A stretch of 60,455 bases of DNA from Patescibacteria group bacterium. Its GTDB lineage: Bacteria > Patescibacteriota > Microgenomatia > JAMCZE01. The first letter of the stretch is position 1; every line of letters starts with the position of its first letter. Positions 27,257 through 37,279 of the stretch are shown here, one piece after another. The position numbers and the translations under genes were made by a program. A model generated the notes under the pieces. It had not been told where the DNA came from. It saw nothing but the letters and a program-made list of their open reading frames with translations, and did not search any database. The stretch is taken from NCBI GenBank assembly GCA_023485845.1, contig JAMCZE010000001.1, positions 1 through 60,455 on the forward strand, given 5' to 3'.

Positions 27257-27718
27257 TCATTGTACCACTTTAATTCTTCCCACATCCATGAGCCAGCCGG
27301 CTTTCTGGCCTTGGAAGGTCTCGCCCCAAACCTGAACCTTTTTCCCGTTATATTTGGATAAATCAATCACCGAAGAGGTGAGGTAGACATTTTGGGAAAC
27401 GTCACCGCGAACCAGAATGTTGGTTCCCTCGGTGGTGATTTTGCCATCGTTTGGTTGCATCGTTCCGGTGGCGGTGTCTTTGAAAGTGGAAGCGTCTTTG
27501 ACGCCCTCTTCGGTGGGGGTGTTGACAATCTGAACATCCTGGCCGGCTAGGCGCACTGTCCCGGCCGTTTTCCAGCGATAAAGTCCAAACCCGCTGGTTA
27601 GTCCAAGAAGGATAATAACCACTAGGGCAATAAGGATTTTTTTGTCAAAGTTCAACTTGGGCAAACCAAGTTGCCTTTTGGCGCTCTCCAGTGGTTTGAC
27701 AACATTAATTTCTTCCAT
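27257..27718 (-). CDS. Hypothetical single-TM protein with OB-like domain (start revised to MEEIN)
   Basis: TM, then [21 protein letters not shown]...WLMDVGR. Confidence 0.75.
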   Translation of the reverse strand: MEEINVVKPLESAKRQLGLPKLNFDKKILIALVVIILLGLTSGFGLYRWKTAGTVRLAGQDVQIVNTPTEEGVKDASTFKDTATGTMQPNDGKITTEGTNILVRGDVSQNVYLTSSVIDLSKYNGKKVQVWGETFQGQKAGWLMDVGRIKVVQ

Positions 27719-28718
27719 CTGCAAAGAAGTGTAACTCACTTTGGATAAATCCGTCAAGATGGCCGTTGAGCACAAAGTCGGAGTTGGTTTCCTCATAATC
27801 GGTCCGCAGATCCTTAACCAGGTGGTAGGGATGGAGAACATAGGAGCGGATTTGGTTGCCCCAGCCGGGAGTGAGATGTTTGCCGCGCAGTTTTAACTCT
27901 TGTTCACGGACTTTTTCTTCCTGCCGCGCCAAGAGTTTCGCCCGGAGGATTTTTATGGCAATTTCCCGGTTGCGGCTTTGGTCCCGTTCTTTTTGTGAGG
28001 TCACAATGATTCCCGTCGGTTTGTGGGTAAGCCGGACGGCACTGCTGACTTTGTTGACATTTTGGCCGCCATGGCCCCCGGAGCGGAAAAAATCCCACTC
28101 GATATCCTCCTCATTAATGACTGCTTCCTGATTTCCTGTGGTCCTATCTTCCTGAATGTCCGGCATCACTTCCACCAGAGCAAAGGAGGTTTGGCGCAAA
28201 CGGTCGGCGTTAAAAGGGGACTGGCGCACCAGGCGGTGAACCCCGGCTTCATATTTTAAAAAGCCGTAAACATAGTCGCCGGTTAGTTCAAAAGTGGCGG
28301 TTTTCAGGCCGGCCTCCGGCCCCGGTTCAAAATCCACCTCGTCCAGTTTCCACCCTTTTTCCATCGCTAGTTTGGAATACATTCGGTAGAGCATTGACGC
28401 CCAGTCCATGGCTTCCACGCCCCCCTGGCCGGAATGGATGGAAACAATCGCGCTGCTGGCATCATAAGGGCCGGACAAATAGAGCTTTAATTCCATCTCC
28501 TCAACCAATTCCGGGGTGGGGGTGCTGGCCAGTTTTTCCAGTTTGGTGATTTCATCCTGTAGGCCAGCCAGCCGGCGCATCTTGGCCGCCGCCGTCTGGT
28601 TGTCATGCCAAAATTCCGGTTTCTCGGACTCCACTTCAATAGCGCGCGCCCCCCGGCGCTTCCCATCAACATCCATTTTCCCTAAAATCTTCTTCACCCG
28701 CTCGTTTAAGTCTTCCAT
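27705..28718 (-). CDS. prfB: Peptide chain release factor 2, single frame
   Basis: [30 protein letters not shown]. Confidence 0.96.
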   Translation of the reverse strand: MEDLNERVKKILGKMDVDGKRRGARAIEVESEKPEFWHDNQTAAAKMRRLAGLQDEITKLEKLASTPTPELVEEMELKLYLSGPYDASSAIVSIHSGQGGVEAMDWASMLYRMYSKLAMEKGWKLDEVDFEPGPEAGLKTATFELTGDYVYGFLKYEAGVHRLVRQSPFNADRLRQTSFALVEVMPDIQEDRTTGNQEAVINEEDIEWDFFRSGGHGGQNVNKVSSAVRLTHKPTGIIVTSQKERDQSRNREIAIKILRAKLLARQEEKVREQELKLRGKHLTPGWGNQIRSYVLHPYHLVKDLRTDYEETNSDFVLNGHLDGFIQSELHFFADGRN

Positions 28719-28738
28719 GATAGTGATATAATAGCACT

Positions 28739-28978
28739 ATGAAGGTTAAAAAATTAGATTATCTTATTGAACTGACGTACGACAAAGCCTACAAGGGCTA
28801 TGTTGCCGATGTGGTTAACCTTTATGGTTGCATGTCTCAGGGAAAAACTAAACAAGAAGCATTGGCAAATGCCGACAAGGCAATTAAAGCCTATATGGAA
28901 GCGGTGACCCAGCCAAATAAAGATATCGAACTTGTCGAGCGAAGGGTCGAAACGCCGATTCCTATGGCTTATGCCTAA
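28739..28978 (+). CDS. HicB-like antitoxin
   Basis: GYVA.V..L.GC.SQGKT..EAL.N...AI..Y.E. Confidence 0.9.
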   Translation: MKVKKLDYLIELTYDKAYKGYVADVVNLYGCMSQGKTKQEALANADKAIKAYMEAVTQPNKDIELVERRVETPIPMAYA

Positions 28979-29192
28979 GTTGACAAATATCTCCGGCAGA
29001 GATGCAGTTAAAACTTTTCTAAAATTCGGCTATTCGCACGTTTACACTTCCGGCGACCATGCAATCTTGCAAAAACCTGGATTCCCAAGTTTGTCTATTC
29101 CTTTGCACAGAGAAGTAGCCCCCTTTCTCTTAAAGTCCCAGATAAAAAAGGCAAGTATCCCCTTAGATGATTTTATCGAAGCGCTGAGGTGA
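28971..29192 (+). CDS. HicA-like toxin (start revised to MPKL)
   Basis: SGRD.VK...K.GY......GDH..L......IPLH.E....LK..IKKA. Confidence 0.9.
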   Translation: MPKLTNISGRDAVKTFLKFGYSHVYTSGDHAILQKPGFPSLSIPLHREVAPFLLKSQIKKASIPLDDFIEALR

Positions 29193-29811
29193 CGGCAGTT
29201 TCGAGGCCGGAGGAGCCGACGAGGCGAGCCCCGTTGATAAAGAAAGTGGGCGTGGCGTTAACACTTAAGGAATTGCCGTCATTTTGATCTTCCAGCACCC
29301 GTGCCCGGGTGGCATCGGAATCCAGGTCCTGATTAAATTTCGTTATGTCCAACCCGAGGTCCTTGGCGGCCTGAATCAGATTGTCTTGCGACAAGCTTGG
29401 AGAAATAGTAAAGAGCTTCGTTCTCATTTCCCAAAACTTGCCTTGCTCTCCGGCTGCTTGGGCTGCCTCGGCAGAGCTAAACCCGTCCGGATGGGAGGGC
29501 AGGGGAAAGAACCGGTAGACGAACTGGATTTGGTTACCATATTTTGCTAACAGGCTGTCCACTGTTGGCTCGGCCGCTTGGCAGGCGGGGCATTCAAAGT
29601 CGGAAAACTCCACCAAGGTCACCTTGGCGTTGTCCGGACCTTTCTTCCAAGAATCCGGCCGGATCAAAAGCTTTTGGTCGGCGCTGCTGACGGCGCTGGC
29701 TCCCAGGGTGGCCGGGGAACCATTATTATTTCCCAACATCATCGCCGCGCCAAAAATCAGGACTAACGTTCCGATAATTACTCCCAGAAATATTTTTGTT
29801 TCCGTGCTCAT
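29173..29811 (-). CDS. DsbA-family thiol-disulfide oxidoreductase
   Basis: EFSDFECPAC, FPL..H, ATPTFFING; N-terminal TM. Confidence 0.93.
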   Translation of the reverse strand: MSTETKIFLGVIIGTLVLIFGAAMMLGNNNGSPATLGASAVSSADQKLLIRPDSWKKGPDNAKVTLVEFSDFECPACQAAEPTVDSLLAKYGNQIQFVYRFFPLPSHPDGFSSAEAAQAAGEQGKFWEMRTKLFTISPSLSQDNLIQAAKDLGLDITKFNQDLDSDATRARVLEDQNDGNSLSVNATPTFFINGARLVGSSGLETAVTSALR

Positions 29812-29816
29812 TTGGT

Positions 29817-30467
29817 TTAGTAATAGTAAACCAGACTTAACAGGGCCATGCCCGTTCCGAGAAAAAACCCCCCGATCACATCGCTGGTCCAATGGGCGCC
29901 CAGATAGACTCGGGAAACTGCCATGATTATAGTAAAAACCGTCAGAAATGTGAAGGCGGCAATCCGCCGGGCTTTGTTTTTAATGAACTTGCCGGCGAGA
30001 AACAGTCCCAGGACAGTGACGAAAATGGTTCGGGCTTCGTGGCCCGAGGGGAAAGAAAAATTTGTCCGGACATAGTCGGTGGGCAAACTAAACGGCAGTT
30101 CATAGTGGAAAAAGATATGCGGCGGGTTAGGGTGATAGAGAAGGAATTTGCCGATAAATTCAAAAATAAGAATCATGCCAAACAATGCCAAGGACCACAA
30201 CGCTAGGTGTTTTTTGCGCCAGAGCCAGAGGAAAACGGCAATCACGGTGAGGCAGGTGAACTCAAAGCTGCCAAACAGGGTGAAGATGGACAAAGGAACG
30301 TCAAGACTGCGGGGAAAGATCGCTTGCAAAGCGGTGGAAACTGCCAAATCAAGATGGGAAAAGGTCATTCTTGTCTCCAGGGAAAAGACAAAGAGAAAAA
30401 GGAGAAAAGACAAACTGCCGGCCGCAAAGAACTTAAAATTCCTAGGCTTCATGTTTAAATTAGCCAT
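29817..30467 (-). CDS. PAP2 family phosphatase
   Basis: SFPSGH, SRVYLGAHWTSDVIGG. Confidence 0.92.
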   Translation of the reverse strand: MANLNMKPRNFKFFAAGSLSFLLFLFVFSLETRMTFSHLDLAVSTALQAIFPRSLDVPLSIFTLFGSFEFTCLTVIAVFLWLWRKKHLALWSLALFGMILIFEFIGKFLLYHPNPPHIFFHYELPFSLPTDYVRTNFSFPSGHEARTIFVTVLGLFLAGKFIKNKARRIAAFTFLTVFTIIMAVSRVYLGAHWTSDVIGGFFLGTGMALLSLVYYY

Positions 30468-30468
30468 T

Positions 30469-30963
30469 TTATGATGATATCACAAAGCGCAGCGGGGCAT
30501 CCTTCCAAGTGCCGGCGTAACTGATTCCCACCCGGGGCAACACCGAAATCTTTTTTGGTTTGGGTCCATCGGCAATAAATAGCGGCCCCTTCTTGGTTAA
30601 ATCGGCGCCGTAGAATTTTTTGTTGATGGCCAGCTTTTGGCAAACCAGTCCCGGTCCGGGAGCTGTTTGCGTGGCCCGGATCAAAACGGCGGCGCCCAAG
30701 CCCGGCCGGCCGGTGACCACATTAAAGCAAAAGTGCTTGCCGTAGACTAAATAGACATAAGCAAATCCCGGCGGGCCAAACATCACTTGGTTGCGGGCTG
30801 TTTTGCCAAAACGGCTGTGGGAGGCCAAATCCTGCGGCCCGACATAGGCCTCCGTCTGGGTGATTTTTTCTGTCAGTTTTCCCCGGACAATAATTTTGCC
30901 CAAAAGCGCCCGGGCCACCACTTTTGCCGGCCGGTTATAAAACTCCCGCGGCAGCGGTTTCAT
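30469..30963 (-). CDS. 3-methyladenine DNA glycosylase (MPG/Aag family)
   Basis: VARALLGK, TEAY.G..D.ASH, YVYLVYG.H.C.NVV, AVLIRA, RVGI. Confidence 0.92.
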   Translation of the reverse strand: MKPLPREFYNRPAKVVARALLGKIIVRGKLTEKITQTEAYVGPQDLASHSRFGKTARNQVMFGPPGFAYVYLVYGKHFCFNVVTGRPGLGAAVLIRATQTAPGPGLVCQKLAINKKFYGADLTKKGPLFIADGPKPKKISVLPRVGISYAGTWKDAPLRFVISS

Positions 30964-31132
30964 GGGGGAATTCTACCATTTTTCCATTGCGCCCATTGCG
31001 CGATAATCTGCGCGATTCTTGCGCGATTATTAAAATATTCTGCCCCAGAGGAGCCTTGGTTCCAGCCCCGGCTACTTTCTAAAATCCCCCGGGGGTCATA
31101 GACACACCGTGGTTAACAGTTTTTAAATGTCT

Positions 31133-31480
31133 TTAGCGTAAAAATCGACTCGAGCGTCTCTGTCGCTTGGGAGATCTTGTTTGAACTCTTTGCGGCACTT
31201 CGCCTAACAATAAACCTGCGAGTTCTTCAGTATTGATTAGTCCGAGCATTAATATACTAGAGGTACTAATTGGATCCTCGCTAATCTGTCCTTCTTCTGG
31301 AAATTCCTTTACTTCCTGCACGATTAATCCTCTACTCTCGGGGTAAAGTTCTTTGAAGGCGGGTTCAATGTAGCAAAAATGCCCCGGGGTAGGTGCTTCC
31401 AGGTGAATTATCCTTTTGGGGTTCTCTTTATCATAAATAACCATCTTGACTGTCTTGGGTTTGACATCAGGAGTATTCAT
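31133..31480 (-). CDS. Hypothetical orphan protein
   Basis: 115-aa ORF with its own promoter. Confidence 0.65.
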   Translation of the reverse strand: MNTPDVKPKTVKMVIYDKENPKRIIHLEAPTPGHFCYIEPAFKELYPESRGLIVQEVKEFPEEGQISEDPISTSSILMLGLINTEELAGLLLGEVPQRVQTRSPKRQRRSSRFLR

Positions 31481-31489
31481 ATGCTGCGC

Positions 31490-31518
31490 ATCTTATGATG
31501 TTTGGGCTGTTATGTCAA
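31490..31518 (-). promoter_or_regulatory. Sigma70 promoter (leaderless) for the 115-aa orphan
   Basis: TTGACA-17 nt-TAAGAT, 9 nt before ATG. Confidence 0.7.
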
Positions 31519-31573
31519 GCTGTTATATTATCTGCCTACTAGGTATACGATTTATAGACTATTCTAACCTAAC

Positions 31574-31966
31574 CTAATTTTGGAAGTGGGGAATTGGTTC
31601 GATGTAGTAAACAGATGCCCCACCGTCAGCCATCACGATAGCCCTCACCATTCCCGCTGGTAATTCTGATTTGAGAGCAGGGGTGATATCAGGAACTACA
31701 CTGCTAAGATATTCAATGAGCACTTCCGCTCGTGCTGTACCTCGTGCTACCGGAGTTTCTCCTTTATCACGAAATTCTTGCCAATGAGACCCGGGGACGT
31801 CTGGCATCAGAGCCTCAACGACTTCAGTCCAGGCTGGGTCATCAACATCAATTGCCACGGCAACAAATTCTTCTCTGGATAACCCTTTCCTTACAGCCCG
31901 GTCGGCCATGTGTTCCAGGCGTTCACGTTGGGGTTGGAAAAACCGATCGCGGGTTTCTGCTGACAT
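31574..31966 (-). CDS. Hypothetical protein (start revised to MSAET)
   Basis: TATAAT 7 nt before ATG. Confidence 0.65.
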   Translation of the reverse strand: MSAETRDRFFQPQRERLEHMADRAVRKGLSREEFVAVAIDVDDPAWTEVVEALMPDVPGSHWQEFRDKGETPVARGTARAEVLIEYLSSVVPDITPALKSELPAGMVRAIVMADGGASVYYIEPIPHFQN

Positions 31967-32069
31967 ATAGCTAATTATATTAGGGACTAAATATAAAGTC
32001 AACTATAGGTTGCTTGGTTCCAAAGTGTGTTTTTGAATCCAAGTCTTTTTTAGTGTTATTATAAATTAG

Positions 32070-32750
32070 ATGGAAACACATGCCAGGGTGTCATCGCTGC
32101 GGGATTTGATTCTTGGCGGCCAGGACGGGTTGGTTAATGTTTTGGGGATTGTGTTAGGCGTTTCGGCGGCGAACGGTTCCACACAGATTATTATTGTTGC
32201 CGGTTTGGCGGCCGCTTTTGCCGAGGCGGTGTCCATGGGGGCGGTGGCCTACACGTCCACTTTAGCCCAAAAAGACTACTACGAAAAAGAACTGGAGCGG
32301 GAGAAAAATGAGGTGGAAACCAAACCGGAGGAGGAGAAACAGGAAATTCGCGAGATCTACAAAAACAAGGGTTTTTCCGGCCAGGTGTTGGATGACATTG
32401 TGACCACCGTGTCGGCCAACAAGGATGTTTGGGTGAACATTATGATGAAAGACGAGCTGGGTTTGGAGCCGGTGGACATGACCGCGCTTCGGCGCACGTC
32501 GGCGATTGTTTTTGTCTCCGCCCTGCTGGGCTCTTTTGTCCCAATCGTGCCGCTATTTTTCTTTCCCCGGGAACTGGCGGCTATCACCGGCGTGTTGGTT
32601 TCCTCATTAGTTTTATTCGCCATTGGGGTTTATGAAGCCAAAACCTATGTCGGTAATTGGTTGGTTAAGGGAGGCCAGATGGTGGTTATTGGCATCGGGG
32701 CGGCCATCGCCGGCTTTGTCATCGGCCGGGTTTTCCAGGTTGGACCATGA
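32070..32750 (+). CDS. VIT1/CCC1 family Fe/Mn transporter
   Basis: LRD.ILG.QDGLV, A.SMG...Y, MMKDELGL. Confidence 0.92.
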   Translation: METHARVSSLRDLILGGQDGLVNVLGIVLGVSAANGSTQIIIVAGLAAAFAEAVSMGAVAYTSTLAQKDYYEKELEREKNEVETKPEEEKQEIREIYKNKGFSGQVLDDIVTTVSANKDVWVNIMMKDELGLEPVDMTALRRTSAIVFVSALLGSFVPIVPLFFFPRELAAITGVLVSSLVLFAIGVYEAKTYVGNWLVKGGQMVVIGIGAAIAGFVIGRVFQVGP

Positions 32751-35037
32751 TCCGGGCATAGAAAAAGGACTTCACGGCCTGAGCAGCAAACATATAGCCC
32801 ACAATAATGGTGTTAATGGCTAAAACCAGGAAGATGGGCAGCGGTTTAAAACCAAACACCGGCCCGAGCAAATAGGGAGCCAGGTGGGCGGCGATAACAA
32901 CCAATAGGGTGGTGGCCAGAAGATAGATGCTGGGTCGGCTGGAGAGAAAAAACTTCCGGCTGCGAATCACCAGGACAATCACGGCGGCGGAAATCACCGA
33001 TTCCAAAAACCAGCCAGTGCGAAACTGCATTACCGACACGCCAAAGCCAAGCAGCAGGGCAAAAGTGAGATAGTCAAAGGCGGAGGAGAGCGGGCCAAAA
33101 ATGAGCATAAACCGGCGGATAAAACTGATGTCCCAGCGCCGCGGCGCCTCCAGATCAATGGCGTCCACATTGTCGGACGCGATGGTCATCTCCGGAAAAT
33201 CCGTCAGCAAATTTAAAAACAGGATCTGGCCTGGCAAAAGCGGCAAAAACGGTAAGAAGAGAGAAGCGCCGGCCATGGAAAACATGTTGCCAAAGTTAGC
33301 GCTAGTGGCCATAAAAATATATTTCATCGTGTTGGCAAAGGTTCGCCGGCCCTCAACGATGCCTTCTTTGAGAATGTGCAGGTCTTTGTGCAAAAGAACG
33401 ATGCTGGCCGCTTGTTTGGCCACGTCCACTCCGGTGTTGACGGAAATGCCCACGTCAGCAGCGTGCAGGGCGGGGGCGTCGTTGATGCCGTCGCCCAAGA
33501 AGCCGACCACATTGCCGCCCTTGCGCAGGGCCAGAATAATTTGTTCTTTTTGGTTTGGTTCCACCTGGGCAAAGATTTGGGTCGTTTGGGCTGCCGCGAC
33601 CAGGGCGGCTTCTTCCATTTTGGTGATCTGCTGTCCGGTGAGAATTTTTGTCGCGTCCAGCCCGACTTTGCGGGCCAGAGCGCGGGCAACTAGTTGATTA
33701 TCACCGGTAATAATTTTGAGCCCCACCCCCAGTTTTTGCAGGTTAGCCAGTGTCTGGGTCACCCCGTCTTTAACTGGATCGGAAAGCACCAGAAAACCGG
33801 CAAAAGTTAAGCCTTGCTCATCAGCCTGATCAATTTTGTCTTGGGAGATTTTTTTAGACGCGACGGCCAAAATTCGCATGCCGTCCCGGCTGTATTTATC
33901 CGTTAGTCTTTTTATTTTTTCGCGGTTTGCCCCGGGACAGATTTCCAAAATATTAGCCAGCGCCCCTTTGGTAATAAGCAGTTTGCCAGCTTTTGTCTGC
34001 ACTAAAACGCTTAAGCGCTTGCGAACAAAGTCATAAGGGATTTCGTCCAGTTTGGAAAAATCACTAAGATCCAGCGGGTGGTGGATTCTAATGGCCTGGT
34101 CAATCGGGCTATGGAAGCCGGTTTCAAAAGAGGAGTTGATAAACGCCAGCTGCCAAACCGCATCGCTCTCCCGGCCATCGGCGCCAAGAACTTTCTCCAC
34201 TTGGATTTTTCCTTCTGTCAGGGTGCCGGTTTTATCGGCACATAAAATGTTCATGCTACCGAAGTTTTCAATGGAAGCCAGGCGTTTAACAATCACTTTG
34301 CCGGCCGCCATCCGTTTAGCCCCTTTGGCTAGATTAATGCTGATGACCACTGGCAGCAATTCCGGGGTCAGCCCCACGGCCAGGGCCAGGGCAAACAGGA
34401 GTGATTCCAAAACCGGCCGGGCAAACCAGACGTTAACGGCAAAAATGCCCAACACCAAGATTAAAGTGACGGTCATCAACAGATAGCCAAAGCGGCGGAT
34501 GCCTCGTTCAAATTCCGTTTCCGGTTCCCGAGCAGCGAGTCGGGCGGCGGTTTGGCCAAACTTGGTTTGTTTGCCGACAGTGATGACTTTTGCCTGCGCC
34601 TGGCCGCTGACCACGTGAGTGCCCAGATAAACCGGATCGCCGACGGCTTTTTCCACCGGAAAGGTTTCCCCGGTTAGGCCGGCCTGGTCAACGAAAAGGT
34701 CTTTGGCGCTAATCAGCTGACAGTCGCCAGGAATAATGTCTCCAGCGGTAAGTTTGACGATGTCCCCGGCAACAACCTTTCCCACTGGCACTTCTTTGTC
34801 TTGGCCGTTGCGAACGACAGTGGCGGTCACTTGCACCAGCCGCAGCAATTTGACGACAGCGTCGCGGGCCCCCTTTTCCTGCCAAAAACCCAGACTGCCG
34901 CTGATGCCGACGATCACAGTTATAATGCCGGCATCAGCCCGATCCCCGACTAAAAAAGCCACCGCGGCGGCCAAAAGAAGAATGATAATCACCGGACTTT
35001 TGAATTGGGACAGGAAAAGCTTAAGCACTTCCATCAA
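32719..35037 (-). CDS. P-type ATPase, MgtA-like Mg2+ transporter (short form)
   Basis: LTGE, AVGLTPE, DKTGTLT, PYDF.RKR, GDGINDAPAL, SANFGNMFS. Confidence 0.9.
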   Translation of the reverse strand: MMEVLKLFLSQFKSPVIIILLLAAAVAFLVGDRADAGIITVIVGISGSLGFWQEKGARDAVVKLLRLVQVTATVVRNGQDKEVPVGKVVAGDIVKLTAGDIIPGDCQLISAKDLFVDQAGLTGETFPVEKAVGDPVYLGTHVVSGQAQAKVITVGKQTKFGQTAARLAAREPETEFERGIRRFGYLLMTVTLILVLGIFAVNVWFARPVLESLLFALALAVGLTPELLPVVISINLAKGAKRMAAGKVIVKRLASIENFGSMNILCADKTGTLTEGKIQVEKVLGADGRESDAVWQLAFINSSFETGFHSPIDQAIRIHHPLDLSDFSKLDEIPYDFVRKRLSVLVQTKAGKLLITKGALANILEICPGANREKIKRLTDKYSRDGMRILAVASKKISQDKIDQADEQGLTFAGFLVLSDPVKDGVTQTLANLQKLGVGLKIITGDNQLVARALARKVGLDATKILTGQQITKMEEAALVAAAQTTQIFAQVEPNQKEQIILALRKGGNVVGFLGDGINDAPALHAADVGISVNTGVDVAKQAASIVLLHKDLHILKEGIVEGRRTFANTMKYIFMATSANFGNMFSMAGASLFLPFLPLLPGQILFLNLLTDFPEMTIASDNVDAIDLEAPRRWDISFIRRFMLIFGPLSSAFDYLTFALLLGFGVSVMQFRTGWFLESVISAAVIVLVIRSRKFFLSSRPSIYLLATTLLVVIAAHLAPYLLGPVFGFKPLPIFLVLAINTIIVGYMFAAQAVKSFFYARIMVQPGKPGR

Positions 35038-35063
35038 ATCCAGTGTAGCACTAAAATGGGGGG

Positions 35064-36110
35064 ATGATATATTCCCGTCTGATCCGGCCGGTTCTTTTTC
35101 ATCTGGACGCCGAGTTTGTCCACAGCGCAGCCATTCTTATCGGTGAGCACTTTCCTCCTTTCCCGCTCTCTTACTCGTCTTCTTCTCTCGTCCAGAAAAT
35201 CAATGGCATCACTTTCTCCAACCCCATTGGCCTAGCGGCCGGTTTCGACTATGACGGCCATCTGGCGGCAACGATGAAAAATTTCGGGTTTGGCTTTAGC
35301 ACCGTGGGAACGGTGACGGCAAAACCTTACGCCGGCAACCCCAAACCACGGCTCGGCCGGTTACCGAAATCGCAGGCAATTTTTGTTAATAAAGGGTTTA
35401 AGTCTGAAGGGGTGGCGGCGGTGGCGGCCCGGCTTGACACCAAAAACCTTGCTGGTGCCACCGTTGGTGTCAGTCTGGGCAGCCGGGACGGTTCCATCGA
35501 AGAAGTTGCCGCCGGTTTTGACTATTTAAAAGACCGTGACGATATCAAATATTTTGAACTGAATATTAGTTGTCCGAACATTCCCGGCACGGGTGTCTTT
35601 GCTAATCCCAAAAATTTGGAAAAACTGTTGGCAGCGATTAAATTTTCCAAACCCACTTATTTAAAAATGCCCAATGAAATTGAATTTTCTTTGGCCGATG
35701 CCCTGTGCCGAGTGGCCTTAAAACACAGCCTAGCCGGCTTTATCTTTTCTAATCTTGTTAAGAAACGAGATAATCCGGCCATTGACCGGGGGGAATTAAA
35801 AAAGTTCGAGAATTTGCCGGGCAACTTTTCCGGCCGGCCGACATGGGAAAATTCCAATCGGCTCATTGCCCATGCTCGCAAAAAATTTGGCAAATCGGTG
35901 ACAATCATTGGCTGCGGGGGAGTCTTCACCGCCACCGACGCCTACGAAAAAATTAAACTTGGCGCCAACCTGGTCCAACTGATCACTGGGCTGGTCTTCG
36001 AAGGCCCAACTCTGGCCAGCTCCATTAATCGTGATCTCGTTCGTCTCCTTGCCGCCGCCGGCTACTCCTGCCTCTCCGAGGCCGTGGGAAAAGGCTTGTC
36101 AAGGGGGTAA
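35064..36110 (+). CDS. pyrD: Dihydroorotate dehydrogenase (class 2-like)
   Basis: NPIGLAAGFD, GTVT..P..GNPKPRL.RL, NISCPN, IIGCGGV...DAYEKI..GA.LVQL.TG. Confidence 0.9.
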   Translation: MIYSRLIRPVLFHLDAEFVHSAAILIGEHFPPFPLSYSSSSLVQKINGITFSNPIGLAAGFDYDGHLAATMKNFGFGFSTVGTVTAKPYAGNPKPRLGRLPKSQAIFVNKGFKSEGVAAVAARLDTKNLAGATVGVSLGSRDGSIEEVAAGFDYLKDRDDIKYFELNISCPNIPGTGVFANPKNLEKLLAAIKFSKPTYLKMPNEIEFSLADALCRVALKHSLAGFIFSNLVKKRDNPAIDRGELKKFENLPGNFSGRPTWENSNRLIAHARKKFGKSVTIIGCGGVFTATDAYEKIKLGANLVQLITGLVFEGPTLASSINRDLVRLLAAAGYSCLSEAVGKGLSRG

Positions 36111-36192
36111 AAAGGGGCAAAATAGGCACGAAAGTAATTAATAAATATATATAAATATATCAGTAATATAATCGGCTTCGAGGAGGTCAAGT

Positions 36193-36870
36193 ATGTCCAA
36201 AGATGATGAAAGAATTGCGTATATGAATCGGGTCCTGGAGGGTCTTGTTGAAAAGACTAATCAAGAGGAGGCGAGAGAAAATGCCAAACTGGCGCCGCTT
36301 TTTGGTAAGGTCATTGCGCTTATTGACAAAAAAATCCTAGACAACGGGACATATTCTTTTTTGAGAAAAACAGGTTATGATGGTTGCGAGGTTGCCTTGG
36401 TTGAAGCGGACGGTTTGCATCACCGCCCTGGCTTTTACACCCATACCCTGAATGATAAGCATAGGGTTGATGATAAGGACGCAATTCCGGGGGAGTACAC
36501 TCTAGTTGGAATTACTTTTCCCAGACGTATAGTGTCGGTGGTTGTCATCCGTAACGACTGGGAGGGAGAGCTATGGGGTCATTATGAATTTAGAGCTAGG
36601 ACAATAGAGTTTGATTATGCGCAGCTTCGCCGCGGACTACTGGAGGTTGAGCCATACCCTCCACAGGAGAGAGCGTGGCTCAAGGAGCGGTTGATCAAAC
36701 GTGGTGATCCGTTGCCTGGGCAGGATTGGGAAGAGGGAAGATCTCTGACTGAATGCTATCTATTGGGTCTGGTAGCTGATATCCCCACCTGGGTTCCGGA
36801 AAAGAGCCGGGGAAATAATCATTTGTCTTCAACCAAAGCAATCTGGTTTCCTTCGGAGTCATTAAAATAA
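36193..36870 (+). CDS. Hypothetical orphan protein
   Basis: 225-aa ORF with TATAAT and AGGAGG upstream. Confidence 0.7.
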   Translation: MSKDDERIAYMNRVLEGLVEKTNQEEARENAKLAPLFGKVIALIDKKILDNGTYSFLRKTGYDGCEVALVEADGLHHRPGFYTHTLNDKHRVDDKDAIPGEYTLVGITFPRRIVSVVVIRNDWEGELWGHYEFRARTIEFDYAQLRRGLLEVEPYPPQERAWLKERLIKRGDPLPGQDWEEGRSLTECYLLGLVADIPTWVPEKSRGNNHLSSTKAIWFPSESLK

Positions 36871-37193
36871 GCGGCTTCCCCCCACGGATAGTAGTTTATA
36901 TTGCCGACCGTTTTTATAAGATTTGGCTCGTCCTTCCCAACGGCTAAGAATTTAACGTCCCTTTTTTTTAACACCTTGACTTGTTCTTCTAGGTCAGACG
37001 CGCGAAATTCCATGCCGTTTTTGGTCCCGCCGTGAAGATAAAGATGGATCTCGGCGCCAAATGCTTCAAAAGACGCCCAGTCGGTGTCTTTATGAATAAG
37101 AGTCAATCCCAAGGTCTTCCCATAGAAACTGGTTGCCCGATCCAAGTCGCGCACCCGAATGTCTAGAATTAATTTCCTAAGACCTAGTTTCAT
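36819..37193 (-). CDS. VOC / glyoxalase family protein
   Basis: V.DLDRA.SFY...LGL; WG..AYF.DSEGN.I.L.E. Confidence 0.9.
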   Translation of the reverse strand: MKLGLRKLILDIRVRDLDRATSFYGKTLGLTLIHKDTDWASFEAFGAEIHLYLHGGTKNGMEFRASDLEEQVKVLKKRDVKFLAVGKDEPNLIKTVGNINYYPWGEAAYFNDSEGNQIALVEDK

Positions 37194-37279
37194 TTTTTAG
37201 TTCGGATAGTGACACTTCTTGAAATGCTAACCAAATAGAGTACCATATCTATTCAAATAGAATATTTCACCCAAAATAG

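Noticed and set aside
28739-29192. HicBA pair as a novel system
   Set aside because: A well-known type II toxin-antitoxin family; only the hicB-first order and short antitoxin are notable.
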